Source of the DNA: an uncultured virus (IMG/VR IMGVR_UViG_3300047673_000294)
Lineage: Duplodnaviria; Heunggongvirae; Uroviricota; Caudoviricetes
Strand: one strand, 5' to 3'
IMG/VR virus record: IMGVR_UViG_3300047673_000294
DNA: 64,000 bases
Shown here: positions 28,132-37,256 of the stretch, piece by piece
How positions within the stretch are numbered: the stretch's first letter is position 1
Layout of the letters: each line of letters begins with the position of its first letter
Position numbers and translations under genes: made by a program
The notes under the pieces: model-generated
Told to the model about the DNA's origin: nothing
The model's database searches: none
Seen by the model: the letters and a program-made list of their open reading frames with translations, nothing else

Positions 28132-28804
28132 CGGATTCCTGGGAGGGGGCCGGAATGGGCTGGGGAGAGGGGTCTGGGGCCGGGTCCGGCGGGGCCTCGG
28201 CGGAAGGGGCGGGGGCGGGGTCTGGGGGGAGGTGTCGCAGGCGCACCCCGTCGCGTACCCGCTGCCCCCCGGCGAAGATGATTTTGAACTCCTCGACGGG
28301 GAGCCCAAAGTCGGCGGCTGTGGCCTTCAGTTCGGACTGCGTCCAGCCGACGAGTTCGGGCTCGCCGAGGAGGTCGGCGAGGTGGGCGCCTTGCCGGTGC
28401 TCGGCAACGCGGCGGACGAGGTCGGCGAGTTCGGTGAGGGTGAGCTCGGGTACGGCCTCCTCGCCGGCCTCATGCTCGGACTCCTCGACAGCGGCTGGCG
28501 GGGCGACCCACCAGGCTGCTACGCACCAGGCGACGACCGCGCCGGGGACGGCGAACCGGGCAATGTGCGGGGCGTGGCCGCACCCGTACACGGCCACGTA
28601 CCCGCCGAACGCGCACGCCCCGTACCGCTCCCACCCGTGCAGCCGTTCCCCGAGGTAGGCCCAACCGTGGCGCAGCAGAATGCCGGAGCCTGCGACGAGC
28701 GCGGCCCCCGCCCCGCGGACGGCGAGGAGGGGGCGCAGCTCGGCGACGAGACGATGGTGCAGGCGAGGAGGGGGCTGCTCCCCTGCCTCCTTAACGATCT
28801 CCAT
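28127..28804 (-). CDS. membrane protein with C-terminal winged-helix-like domain (TraB C-terminus-like)
   Basis: N-terminal TM segments; AHLADLL...GWTQSELKATAADFGLPV...GGQRVRDGVRLRHLP. Confidence 0.6.
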   Translation of the reverse strand: MEIVKEAGEQPPPRLHHRLVAELRPLLAVRGAGAALVAGSGILLRHGWAYLGERLHGWERYGACAFGGYVAVYGCGHAPHIARFAVPGAVVAWCVAAWWVAPPAAVEESEHEAGEEAVPELTLTELADLVRRVAEHRQGAHLADLLGEPELVGWTQSELKATAADFGLPVEEFKIIFAGGQRVRDGVRLRHLPPDPAPAPSAEAPPDPAPDPSPQPIPAPSQESG

Positions 28805-29313
28805 CAGAGGACACCGATCGCATGCGCCCCGGTCAGGATCAGCGCCTGCGGCAGGCCCCAGATGCCGCCGGCCTGCGCCCATACTCCGGCGGCGACGATG
28901 CCGGTGATCGCGGCCTTCCCGGGGGCGAGTTCGCGGAAGTACATGAGCGCAGCCAGGCCCAAGCTGACGGCACCGGGGCCTGCGGTGCCGAAGCCGCCGT
29001 TGGTGAACATGCCGGAGAAGGCGTTGCTGACGTTGGTGCCGATGGTCCAGATGGAGCCGGCGGTCATGTACAGCGTGCCCGCGGCAACGCCTGTCCACTG
29101 CGCTTGGTCGCTGGTCAGCCGCTTGCGGATGCGGGACTTCTTCCCCCCGCCCCCACCTCCCGGCCCGGCTCCGGCGCCTGCGCCTTTGGGTTCGCGGATC
29201 CCGGCGAAGAGGATCACGGTGAGGGCGGTGGCGATGCCTCCGGCGCCCACAGAGCCGAGGATGCGGCCGCCTTCCACGCTGATGGCGGGGGCGGCGGCGA
29301 GGAACTGGTACAC
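28804..29313 (-). CDS. Gly-rich multi-pass membrane protein
   Basis: several TM helices; AGGAGAG RBS. Confidence 0.7.
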   Translation of the reverse strand: MYQFLAAAPAISVEGGRILGSVGAGGIATALTVILFAGIREPKGAGAGAGPGGGGGGKKSRIRKRLTSDQAQWTGVAAGTLYMTAGSIWTIGTNVSNAFSGMFTNGGFGTAGPGAVSLGLAALMYFRELAPGKAAITGIVAAGVWAQAGGIWGLPQALILTGAHAIGVL

Positions 29314-29330
29314 GGTGGCTTCTCTCCTGG

Positions 29331-29942
29331 TCAGGCGGCGGGTGCCCAGAGGGCGAGGGCAAGGAAGGCTGTGGCGAGGGGGATGCGAGCAGCCCATGCG
29401 ATGCCGGGCCACCAGTGCCGGGTCCGCCGGTCCCACACGTGGGCGATCACCAGGCAGCCGCCGACGCCGAGGACCAGGGCGCCACTGACGCTGTACTGCT
29501 GGCCGCAGTCGGCAAGCGCGCGGGCGCACTGCTGGTAGAGGCCTAGGCCCCATCCGGCCCCGGCCGCGGACGCGTTGTAGAGGGCGCGGCGGGTCTTAGG
29601 ACTCAGCGCTGCGCTTGCTCGCTCGGGCGCGGTGGCGATGGCGGCGGGCAGGTGCGGGCGCGGGTAGTAGTCGGGCTCCGGCCGTAGCCACCTGGCCTCC
29701 GTCTTCTCTGGTGGAGGCGGCGGGAGTTGCTCGTCGCATTCGACGCAGAGCAGGGCGACCAACTCGTCGGTGGGCTGCGCGTGCACGGGGACGGTGTGTT
29801 CGTGGCCGCAGGCGGGCTCCTGCTTGATGTTGGTGCTCCACCAGTCGGTGGCCATGGTGTCTCCGAGTGCGTCGGGGCCCACGCCGCGGCGGCGGAGCCA
29901 GTGCTGTACGCGGCGCTCGTCCGGGCCCATGTCGCGGCTCAC
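29331..29942 (-). CDS. membrane protein with N-terminal Cys/His motif
   Basis: CGH...CVEC; C-terminal TM helices ending WAARIPLATAFLALALWAP. Confidence 0.65.
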   Translation of the reverse strand: MSRDMGPDERRVQHWLRRRGVGPDALGDTMATDWWSTNIKQEPACGHEHTVPVHAQPTDELVALLCVECDEQLPPPPPEKTEARWLRPEPDYYPRPHLPAAIATAPERASAALSPKTRRALYNASAAGAGWGLGLYQQCARALADCGQQYSVSGALVLGVGGCLVIAHVWDRRTRHWWPGIAWAARIPLATAFLALALWAPAA

Positions 29943-30383
29943 GGGTAGAACCCCGTTCCGTCGCTGAGCCGACGCTGCGCCGCCTTGAGCCGTCGGCCTC
30001 CGGTGGCCGGGCTCACGCCGAGGAGTTGAGCCGCGGTGGTCTTGGTGAACTGGTCTCCAGCCCTGAGCCGGGAGGCGAGGGTGACGATCTGCTGCTCGAT
30101 CTGATCCGCCTCCGGCTCACGGTCCGGCTCACGCGGCTCAGGGCTCGGCTCAGGAGGGCTCACGGTGACCAGCTCAGCCGGGCTCAAGCCGGGCTCACGT
30201 GATCCCTGCTGGTCAACGGGCTGAGCCGGTGGTGAAGTCGGGAGCGCGAGCGGCTCGGGCGCCGCGACGACGAGCGCGGTCTTCACGGTCGTCTCGAAGC
30301 CAAGCTCACGCGTGGGCTCAGGGTCTGAGCGGGGCTCAGGCTCACGGCTCACCGGCTCAACCGGGGGCAGCTCACGGTGAGCC
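29936..30383. repeat. about 20 copies of GGCTCA/TGAGCC inside the DUF2637 gene
   Basis: 14 GGCTCA and 6 TGAGCC counted by eye; both orientations and several reading frames. Confidence 0.8.
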
Positions 30384-31081
30384 GGGGCGTGCTCGATGTC
30401 GAGGACACCGGACACCGGAGCCAGGGCCCGCCCGTACCGGGTGAGCCGCAGCGCCATGACGGCCGACACCGGAGCCTTGCTCCTCCACCGCCGTCCGTAC
30501 CGGGCGCGCAGCCGGGCCCGCTCGATGAGCCGGGACTGCTCCAGCCGGATCACGTCGTCGTAGGAGCGCAGCTCCCACAGCTTCATCCGACGCCACAGCC
30601 GGAACGTGGAGACCGGGTCGAGGAGCCAGCGCACCATGCGCACCGAGTCCATGTGGCGGCCGGCCGTGATGTCTGCGGTCCGGCCGATCGCATGCCGAGC
30701 CGCCTCGACGATGACGACGAACAGGATCGGGATGACGGCGTGCATGCCGGTGCCGATGGGGTCGGGCCAGGCGGCTGCGGCGTTGAACGCGATCGTGGCC
30801 GCGGTGAGGAGCCATGCGGTGTGGCGGAGCATGGCGAGCGGCATCCGCAGCCAGGTGAGCAGCAGGTCGAGGGCGAGGAGGACGAGGATCCCGGCGTCGA
30901 TGCCGATGGGGAAGACGTGCGCGAAGGCTCCGAAGTCCTTGGCCGCGGCGAGCTTGGCGACCGCGGCGTAGGAGCCGACGAAGCCGATCGCTGCGATCGC
31001 GATGCCGCCGGCGGCGACGGCGATGATGAGCCGGCGCTGCAAGTCGGTGAGCTTGGGGCGGTCGGCGTTGGGCGTCTTCAC
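29939..31081 (-). CDS. DUF2637-like (Spd-like) membrane protein with C-terminal HTH
   Basis: IGFVGSY, FPIGIDAG, TIAFN, MHAVIP, WRRMKLWELRSY; HTH TKTTAAQLLGVSPATGGRRL. Confidence 0.8.
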   Translation of the reverse strand: MKTPNADRPKLTDLQRRLIIAVAAGGIAIAAIGFVGSYAAVAKLAAAKDFGAFAHVFPIGIDAGILVLLALDLLLTWLRMPLAMLRHTAWLLTAATIAFNAAAAWPDPIGTGMHAVIPILFVVIVEAARHAIGRTADITAGRHMDSVRMVRWLLDPVSTFRLWRRMKLWELRSYDDVIRLEQSRLIERARLRARYGRRWRSKAPVSAVMALRLTRYGRALAPVSGVLDIEHAPAHRELPPVEPVSREPEPRSDPEPTRELGFETTVKTALVVAAPEPLALPTSPPAQPVDQQGSREPGLSPAELVTVSPPEPSPEPREPDREPEADQIEQQIVTLASRLRAGDQFTKTTAAQLLGVSPATGGRRLKAAQRRLSDGTGFYP

Positions 31082-31170
31082 GGTGGTGGCTCCCGTGGTC
31101 GTGAAGTGGGACCGCCCTCTCGCGGCCGTGGGGGAACGGGTTCGCGAGAGGGCGGCCGATCGGGGGGCGG

Positions 31171-31356
31171 TCAGCGGCGGCGGGTTCTGCGGCCGGTCTC
31201 GCGGTCGCGGTCCTGTGTCTCCCAGTCCTGGCCGGCGTGGGCTGCCCGGTTGGCGCCGCGGTTGCGGTGGCTGGCCCGGCGTTGCGTGGACAGGTCAGCG
31301 GCGAGCTGGCGGTCGTCGCCGGGGGCGAGGCTGCGGAGGAAACTGCCGATGCCCAT
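31171..31356 (-). CDS. small basic hypothetical protein
   Basis: coupled ORF MGIGSFLRSLAPGDD. Confidence 0.55.
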   Translation of the reverse strand: MGIGSFLRSLAPGDDRQLAADLSTQRRASHRNRGANRAAHAGQDWETQDRDRETGRRTRRR

Positions 31357-31493
31357 CAGCTGCTGCTTCCCTCGGCGTCGGTGCGGGTGTTGGCGCTGCC
31401 CCATCCGGTGGCGTAGTCGGCTGCCGCACGGTTGAGGAGCTGCGCCGCGGTGGCGTGCGCGTCTTCGGCGACCGGGGTGGTGGGCTCGGTCAT
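31356..31493 (-). CDS. small hypothetical protein
   Basis: coupled ORF MTEPTTPV. Confidence 0.5.
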   Translation of the reverse strand: MTEPTTPVAEDAHATAAQLLNRAAADYATGWGSANTRTDAEGSSS

Positions 31494-31732
31494 CGGACAC
31501 CGGCCCTCTGCCGCAGTCGGGCCGCGTAGGCGGCGCGGCTGCCGGTGCAGTACGGCTCGACGGACAGGGCACGGAGCGCGCTGTACTGCGGTTCTTCCTC
31601 GTCGGTGAGCTCGGCGCACATGTGGAGCCGGGCTTCCTCGGTCATCGGTTCGTCGGGGTCGATGGCGGCGATGCGGTCGGCGCAGAGGATGAGGAGTGCG
31701 CGGAGGTTGTCGTCGAGGGGCTGCTGGCTCAT
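31490..31732 (-). CDS. small hypothetical protein
   Basis: ends SRAAYAARLR, similar to the end of 31729-31962. Confidence 0.6.
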   Translation of the reverse strand: MSQQPLDDNLRALLILCADRIAAIDPDEPMTEEARLHMCAELTDEEEPQYSALRALSVEPYCTGSRAAYAARLRQRAGVR

Positions 31733-31962
31733 GCGCCGGCCCCCGCGATCTTCCGCAGGCGGATGGCATACGCGGACTGGTGGGTGTCGCCGGGGGTGGG
31801 GAGCAGCCCGGTCAAGTCGGCGTGGAGGCCGAGCATGCGGGCGCGGACGCGGATCCTGATCGGGTCGGCGGGCCGGTTGGGTTCGAGGTCGAGGTGGTTG
31901 GCGAGGGTGTTCAGTACCTCGGCGACGGGCGGTACCGGGCGCAGCGTGATGGGCTTGCTCAC
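31729..31962 (-). CDS. small hypothetical protein
   Basis: GTGA-coupled; ends QSAYAIRLR. Confidence 0.55.
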   Translation of the reverse strand: MSKPITLRPVPPVAEVLNTLANHLDLEPNRPADPIRIRVRARMLGLHADLTGLLPTPGDTHQSAYAIRLRKIAGAGA

Positions 31963-32150
31963 GCGGTCACCGCCGCGAGGTTCTGGTCGGCGAGCGTCCA
32001 CAGGTCTCGGGCGCGGGTCTCGTCGCCAGCCTGTTCGGCGTCGTTGGCGGCGAGGGCGTAGAGGGTGGCGGCCATGCGGTCGAGGGCTGCGGCTTCGGCG
32101 AGCGCCTCGGGGGTGGGCTGGTGGGGCTGGTGACTTGTACCGTGTGTCAC
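31959..32150 (-). CDS. small hypothetical protein, first gene of leftward operon
   Basis: AGGAAGGA RBS before GTG. Confidence 0.55.
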   Translation of the reverse strand: MTHGTSHQPHQPTPEALAEAAALDRMAATLYALAANDAEQAGDETRARDLWTLADQNLAAVTA

Positions 32151-32258
32151 GGCTGTCCTTCCTGTTCGCGCAGGCTGGGCGGCTGGCCCGGACAGGAGCA
32201 GCAACTCCCGTCCGGGCCGAACTGCTTGGAGACCGGTGTTGGCGGCCTCGCATTCCAA

Positions 32259-32297
32259 AGCCTAGGCATTGCCTCGCGAGAGTGCAAGGCCTAGGCT
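32259..32297. promoter_or_regulatory. overlapping bidirectional sigma70-type promoters with GCCTAGGC operators
   Basis: plus strand TTGCCT-17-TAGGCT; minus strand TTGCAC-17-TAGGCT. Confidence 0.7.
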
Positions 32298-32342
32298 TGG
32301 TGTCGTGTTCAAGCCGCCTCCCGAGAGAGAGGGAGAGCGAAC

Positions 32343-32666
32343 GTGGCAGACGCGCCAGAGGAGGTGAAGAGGCTGTTGGAAGCGATCGATGCCTTCGAGG
32401 CGATCGAGGACCCGGCCGAGCGCACAAGTGCGGTCTCAGCGGCCCTGAAGAAGTGGCCCGACTACCACGCCCGACTGCGACAGCTCCGTGAAGCCAGCGT
32501 TCGCACTCTTCGGGAAGAGCAGCGCAAGACCTGGCCCGAGATCGCAAAGATCATCGGCGATGTCACGCCGGAGCGGGCGCAGCAGATCAGCAAGGGCGTG
32601 TCGACTGCCCAGCGGGTCAAGGCCAAGAAGAAGGCCGAGAGCGGTGCGGAGGCGTCGGATGGCTGA
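32343..32666 (+). CDS. HTH regulator
   Basis: KTWPEIAKIIGDVTPERAQQIS. Confidence 0.75.
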   Translation: MADAPEEVKRLLEAIDAFEAIEDPAERTSAVSAALKKWPDYHARLRQLREASVRTLREEQRKTWPEIAKIIGDVTPERAQQISKGVSTAQRVKAKKKAESGAEASDG

Positions 32667-33009
32667 GCAAGTGCACGCTGCGCCGCGCTGCCAGTTCTAC
32701 GAGCGCGCCGCTGTCGATGGCGGCTACCGCTACGACCGGATCAACGTTGAGAGCCCGAGCGGTTTCGGACCGCTCGTCACCCCGTACCCACCCGCTGTAC
32801 AGGATCTGATCCATCTGTGGGATTCCCACGAGAAGCGCGGCGGCACGTACCGCGTGGTCGAGCGGGCGTGGCACCACTCCAGCTACGGCTCTGTGGACTG
32901 GCCTTACGGAAGCCCGGCATCGAAGGAGGGGCCGCTGCTCGACGTCATTGTCGAAGCGGCTGAGGGGCCGTTCGTTGACGAGGCCGAGAGCGAGGAGGCG
33001 ACGCAGTGA
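32659..33009 (+). CDS. hypothetical protein
   Basis: overlaps HTH stop; GGAGG RBS. Confidence 0.55.
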   Translation: MAEQVHAAPRCQFYERAAVDGGYRYDRINVESPSGFGPLVTPYPPAVQDLIHLWDSHEKRGGTYRVVERAWHHSSYGSVDWPYGSPASKEGPLLDVIVEAAEGPFVDEAESEEATQ

Positions 33010-33098
33010 GTGACACCGCCTGGGGCTGACACCCCACCCGCTGGGCCCCTGCCGCGTGCCGTGGTGGGGGCTCACTGCTGCCCGCTTATGATCACCGC

Positions 33099-33335
33099 GT
33101 GGACCTCCCCGATGATCTGATCACCCTCGAACGCGACGCCGAGCAGGAGCGCGCCCGCCTGGCTGGGCTGACTGGTGCGGAGTGGGAGGCGCAGCGGCTG
33201 CGCTGGCGGGAGGCGTCCACGGTGGTGCAGGCGGCGATCACCGCGCACGCGAAGACGACGGGCGAGAACCGGATGACGGTCGAGATGGCGGTGAAGAAGG
33301 CGGTGCGGCACGCCGAGGAGGACCCGGCCGGATAA
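33099..33335 (+). CDS. small hypothetical protein
   Basis: LPDDLI.LER...WREA...VQAAIT.HA...VEMAVKKAVRH pattern common in Streptomyces elements. Confidence 0.6.
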   Translation: MDLPDDLITLERDAEQERARLAGLTGAEWEAQRLRWREASTVVQAAITAHAKTTGENRMTVEMAVKKAVRHAEEDPAG

Positions 33336-33341
33336 CCGCGA

Positions 33342-33512
33342 CTACTCGGTACCGCCCTGCTGCTCGTGTGCCCGCCGCCAGATGATGTGCCGGCCGACCA
33401 GTTCGTCGTCGGTCATGGCGTCGTTCTCCGCGTCTCGCTTGAAGGCGAACGTGATTCGGGTGTCGCCGTCCTTGTAGGAGACTGCGCGGTATTCGTCGCT
33501 GCTGGTGGACAT
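33342..33512 (-). CDS. small hypothetical protein
   Basis: MSTSSDEY after AGGGGG. Confidence 0.45.
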   Translation of the reverse strand: MSTSSDEYRAVSYKDGDTRITFAFKRDAENDAMTDDELVGRHIIWRRAHEQQGGTE

Positions 33513-33826
33513 GTCGGCCCCCTGGTGCGTGAGGGGTTCAGGCTGCGCCGTGGTCGGTTTCAAGTCAATGGGGCTGACATCTATCGGTTGTGGCTGGTGG
33601 GGCGTAGCGTCCGTGATCCCCGCAAGGGGCACCTTGGGGCGCCCGGCCCGCTGCTCAGGGATACGGAGCAGCGGGCCGCGGCATGTCCAGGCGGGTCGTC
33701 AAGCCGGGTGGCTGCTGCCCTGCCGCATGGGCCACCGCACGCCGCAGCGGGCGCATTCGTACTGGCCGCCCTTGACCACCTTGCCCCAGCCGGGTCGGCC
33801 TTTGCTGCTGCACGGGACGACGGCGG

Positions 33827-34273
33827 TCACGGGCGTGCCTTCCAGTTGGGGCCGCGCAGCGCGGGCGGCCTGTCGGCGGTGGCTCCCATGCCGCTCGGAA
33901 GAACCCCGCCGAGCGGTTGCGCCCCTGCGCAGTCGTCGTGTTGTTCGTCGGGTGCGAGTCCGGCTTGGTCGGCGCGCTGGCAGGCGGGACACGGGACGGG
34001 CTGGTCCTGTTCGTCGAGGAGGTGGAGCAGGAATCGTCCGATCTCGGCTCCGGGACTGGTGTCGCCAGCGGTGAGGGCGTCTCGTGCGCAGGTGCGGATG
34101 CGTTCGATCGTGGCCTGGAGTTCTTCGACGCGTCCGGCATAGGAGCCGGCCGCGACATCGGCCGACTCGGCCGCGCCCCAGCGTGCGGCTTCGGCTTGGG
34201 CGCGGTCGCGTTCGTCGTACAGCTGGTCGAGTTGGTCGCTGGTCATGTCGTCGAGGGGGATGCGGTCGGTCAT
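33827..34273 (-). CDS. phage early hypothetical protein
   Basis: DDMTSDQLDQLY motif, coiled coil; AAGGAAG RBS. Confidence 0.6.
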   Translation of the reverse strand: MTDRIPLDDMTSDQLDQLYDERDRAQAEAARWGAAESADVAAGSYAGRVEELQATIERIRTCARDALTAGDTSPGAEIGRFLLHLLDEQDQPVPCPACQRADQAGLAPDEQHDDCAGAQPLGGVLPSGMGATADRPPALRGPNWKARP

Positions 34274-34551
34274 GCGGCTTCCTTGTCGGTGAGGGCCCAC
34301 TCGGGTGTGGGGCGTGAAGGGGGCTGTGCGGGGTTGGGTGGGGTGCTGGTGTCGCGAGAGCCGCACGCACCCCTGTGAGGCCGGGAGACGGCCGCGTAGC
34401 CCCGTCTGGCGGCACGCCACGCCCACGCCCCGGTGAGGACCGCCGTGTACAGGACGACGGTGGCGACAACCGCGGCGGCCACGATCCAGGCGAGGATCGC
34501 GTCAGCCAGGGCCGCCACGGTGTCGAGGGCCTCGAACAGCAGCGCCGTCAC
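34270..34551 (-). CDS. small membrane protein
   Basis: TM helix; coupled. Confidence 0.6.
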   Translation of the reverse strand: MTALLFEALDTVAALADAILAWIVAAAVVATVVLYTAVLTGAWAWRAARRGYAAVSRPHRGACGSRDTSTPPNPAQPPSRPTPEWALTDKEAA

Positions 34552-34727
34552 GACGGGTCCTCGGTGGTGACTGGGTCCGGCTCGGGCGGGCCTCCGGCGC
34601 GGCGCCGCTTGAGGTAGGCCCTGAACTCGTCGACGGCCTGCTGGTCGCCGGGGCTGAGGCGGAAGTTCGGGTTGTTGCCGCAGCGCGGGCCCACGGTCTG
34701 CTCGTCGGTCGGGTTGGTGTCGGCCAT
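34548..34727 (-). CDS. small hypothetical protein (59 aa)
   Basis: MADTNPTDEQTVGPRCGNNPNFRLSPGDQQAVDEFRAYL; GAGGAGG RBS. Confidence 0.55.
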   Translation of the reverse strand: MADTNPTDEQTVGPRCGNNPNFRLSPGDQQAVDEFRAYLKRRRAGGPPEPDPVTTEDPS

Positions 34728-34730
34728 GGG

Positions 34731-35784
34731 TCAGGCCTCCTCGTCGGGCTGGGACACGGCGGCGGGCTGCTCGGCGGCGATGCGGTCACGGTTGGTGTGC
34801 GGCGGGACGCGCATCTGGGACCACCAGCGGCCCTCCTCGTCCCGGTGCCGCCAGTCGTCGTGAGGGCCGTCCGGCAGGGTGCACGTCATGTCCGGGATCT
34901 GATCGCCGCAGAGCAGCGGTGCGGGCCCGTCGAGGGCCTGCGTGACGGTCACGCGGCGCAGGAGGTAGCGGGCGGCGTTGCGGTACTCATCGCGGCCGAG
35001 GCCGGGCGTCTGGCTGATCCGGTCCCAGCCGGGTCCGTCGGTCAGGGCGTTGTCGGTGTCGCAGAGGAGGCGGGCGAGAGTCTCGACGCGGACGGGCGCC
35101 TGCGTCTCGGGCTGCTGCGCCTTACTGGGTCCGGTGCAGCAGTGGCCGCCTGCCGAGCACGGGGTGGGGATCGCTGAGGACCGCCCGCACGGTGCCTGCT
35201 GTGTCTCGCCGGCCACACCACCCGGACCGGACGCGGGCTGCGTGTCCAGCGCGGTGGCGATCCGCTTGGCCGCGTCGGCGCGAGTGATCCGGTCGTCGGG
35301 TGACGCGAGTTCGGTCTCGGTGGCGAGCCGAACGTGCAGGCGGCGAACCCGCTCGACCGCGGCCTCAGCGTTGTCCGCCCGCAGGTGCATCGCGTTGTAC
35401 ACCGACCAGAGCACGGGCTGCTCCGTACCGGCGGCGTACCTCTGCACTTCCTGCATCAGCTCGTTGTTGATCTCGTCGGCGCGTCGCAGCCCGGCGTGGT
35501 GGCGCTCGCGCATCTCGGCCTGCTCAGCGTCCGCGACGCGCCGGGCTTCCAACTTCCAGCCCGGGTCGCTGCTCGGCGCCGGGAGCAGGCCCCCCCGCCA
35601 CTGCGGCGCGCACCCACTCCCGGGCCTCGGCGATCAGCGCCTCCGGGTTGTCCTTGCCGAGACACAGCCAGTCCATCCGGGTGCCCCCGGTGCGCATCCG
35701 CCAGGCGGCTTCGGCGAGGTGGCGGATGCGCGGGTCGGTGGCGTAGTGGACGGTCTGGGCGGCGGTGGGGTCGAGTCGGGTCAC
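34731..35784 (-). pseudogene. hypothetical gene split by a +1 frameshift in a G7 run
   Basis: removing one base from C7 at 35590-35596 fuses ORFs 35524-35784 and 34731-35552. Confidence 0.55.
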
Positions 35785-35872
35785 GGGGTCTGCTCCTTGA
35801 TCGGTGTGGGATGGTGCTGGGTGCGGGCCACCCGCCTGTTACCGGCAGGCAGGTGGCTCGTGTCGCGGGAGG

Positions 35873-36139
35873 TCACGGGGTGGGCCGGAGCTGGATCACG
35901 TCGGCCAGCCGCTCGCCGGTCTGACCCGCAGCAGCGAGGCAGGCCGCGACGACAGCGATCACGGGGCAGCGCGGGGTGAACTCGGCAATCCACTCCGGGC
36001 CGTTGCGGATCGCGGAGTCCCCCGGCTGCGTCGTCGCCCGCCAGTGAATGTCGCCGTGGCGCAGCTCGCCGTCCCGGGCGGTGCGGGTCCAGCCAGCGGC
36101 GAGCAGGGCCTCGGTGACCTCGGGGCGGTAGTCGGTCAT
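35873..36139 (-). CDS. hypothetical protein
   Basis: coupled ORF in early operon. Confidence 0.55.
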   Translation of the reverse strand: MTDYRPEVTEALLAAGWTRTARDGELRHGDIHWRATTQPGDSAIRNGPEWIAEFTPRCPVIAVVAACLAAAGQTGERLADVIQLRPTP

Positions 36140-36546
36140 CGCTGCGCCCCCTCGGCAAGGACGTCGGCGACAGCGCGCCCGCGGTACGTCAGACGTGGCG
36201 CCAACTCCTTCGCCAGCCGCAGTGCGGTGTCATGGTCGAAGCGGTGCTCGGCCAGCCAGGCCTCCTCGGCCTTCTCGTCGCTGCCGTCCTCGGCCCAGCC
36301 CGGCTCGTAGGACCACGTCCCGTCCGAGCCGTACTGCCGGATGCCGTGCTCGACGGCGAACCGGTCCCGTCCTCGGTAGCGGACCTGCACGGTGAACGTC
36401 CACCGGTCGTCGTGGCCTTCGGGTAGGCAGCTCACGACGTAGCCGGTGGGGAGGACGGTGGGTTCCGGGACGCCGGGTGGCGGCACGGGGTGGCCGAGGG
36501 CTTCGCGGATCTCCGGCATCGTCATCGCGGGCTTCGGGTGGGTCAT
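36136..36546 (-). CDS. hypothetical protein
   Basis: YVVSCLPE...DGTWSYEP...WLAEHRFD..TALRLA. Confidence 0.65.
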   Translation of the reverse strand: MTHPKPAMTMPEIREALGHPVPPPGVPEPTVLPTGYVVSCLPEGHDDRWTFTVQVRYRGRDRFAVEHGIRQYGSDGTWSYEPGWAEDGSDEKAEEAWLAEHRFDHDTALRLAKELAPRLTYRGRAVADVLAEGAQR

Positions 36547-36610
36547 GATCGGTTCCTTTGCTGGTCAGGTGGTGTGCTTGGGTTGTCGTGTATCCGGAGA
36601 CCGCCTCCGG

Positions 36611-37216
36611 TCAGGCGGCAGGCTTCTGCGTGCGATGCCGGACGGTGATTCCGGGCCCGGTGTGCGTGCCGGCGTCGTGGATCTCGACGAGTTCGAACTC
36701 CTGGTCGTGGATGTCGGCGGCGAGACGCTCTACGGGCACCCACTCCAGGCGGCCCGGGGCGTCCTTCTGGGAGCGGAGCCACGCTTCGGCTGCGCCCTTC
36801 GCGGCGGCCTCGTCGTTGGCGTAGCCGATGAGGTAGTCGGAGACGTTCCCGGGCTCGTACATGGCCTCCCAGGCGGGCAGTACGAGGTTCAGGGTCTGGC
36901 TGGCCGGGGCGTCGACGGGCTTCCACTGCTGGACGACCACGGGCCGCTGCTCGACCTCGGTGGCCTTGACCTCGCGGTCGTAGTTCCAGGGGTTGGTGTC
37001 GTCCTGGTCCTCGGTGAGGCCCTGCTCGTAGGTGACGGAGTAGGTCATGCCGTCGTCGGGGGCGCGGAAGACCAGCTCGTGGACGGACACCCAGCGGCGG
37101 GTATCGATCTGCTCCTTGTGCAAGTGCTCGGCGGCGTTGGCCTTGTCCGTGGCTGTCCAGATGTCGGGGATGCCGATGGCGGCGAGCTGCTCGGGGGTGA
37201 AGTGGCGGGTGGTCAT
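36611..37216 (-). CDS. hypothetical protein
   Basis: RRWVSVHELVF...YEQGLTE.Q; GAGGAG RBS. Confidence 0.65.
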   Translation of the reverse strand: MTTRHFTPEQLAAIGIPDIWTATDKANAAEHLHKEQIDTRRWVSVHELVFRAPDDGMTYSVTYEQGLTEDQDDTNPWNYDREVKATEVEQRPVVVQQWKPVDAPASQTLNLVLPAWEAMYEPGNVSDYLIGYANDEAAAKGAAEAWLRSQKDAPGRLEWVPVERLAADIHDQEFELVEIHDAGTHTGPGITVRHRTQKPAA

Positions 37217-37256
37217 GTGCTGCTCCTCGTTGGCGTGGCGGTGGTGTTGGCGGGGG

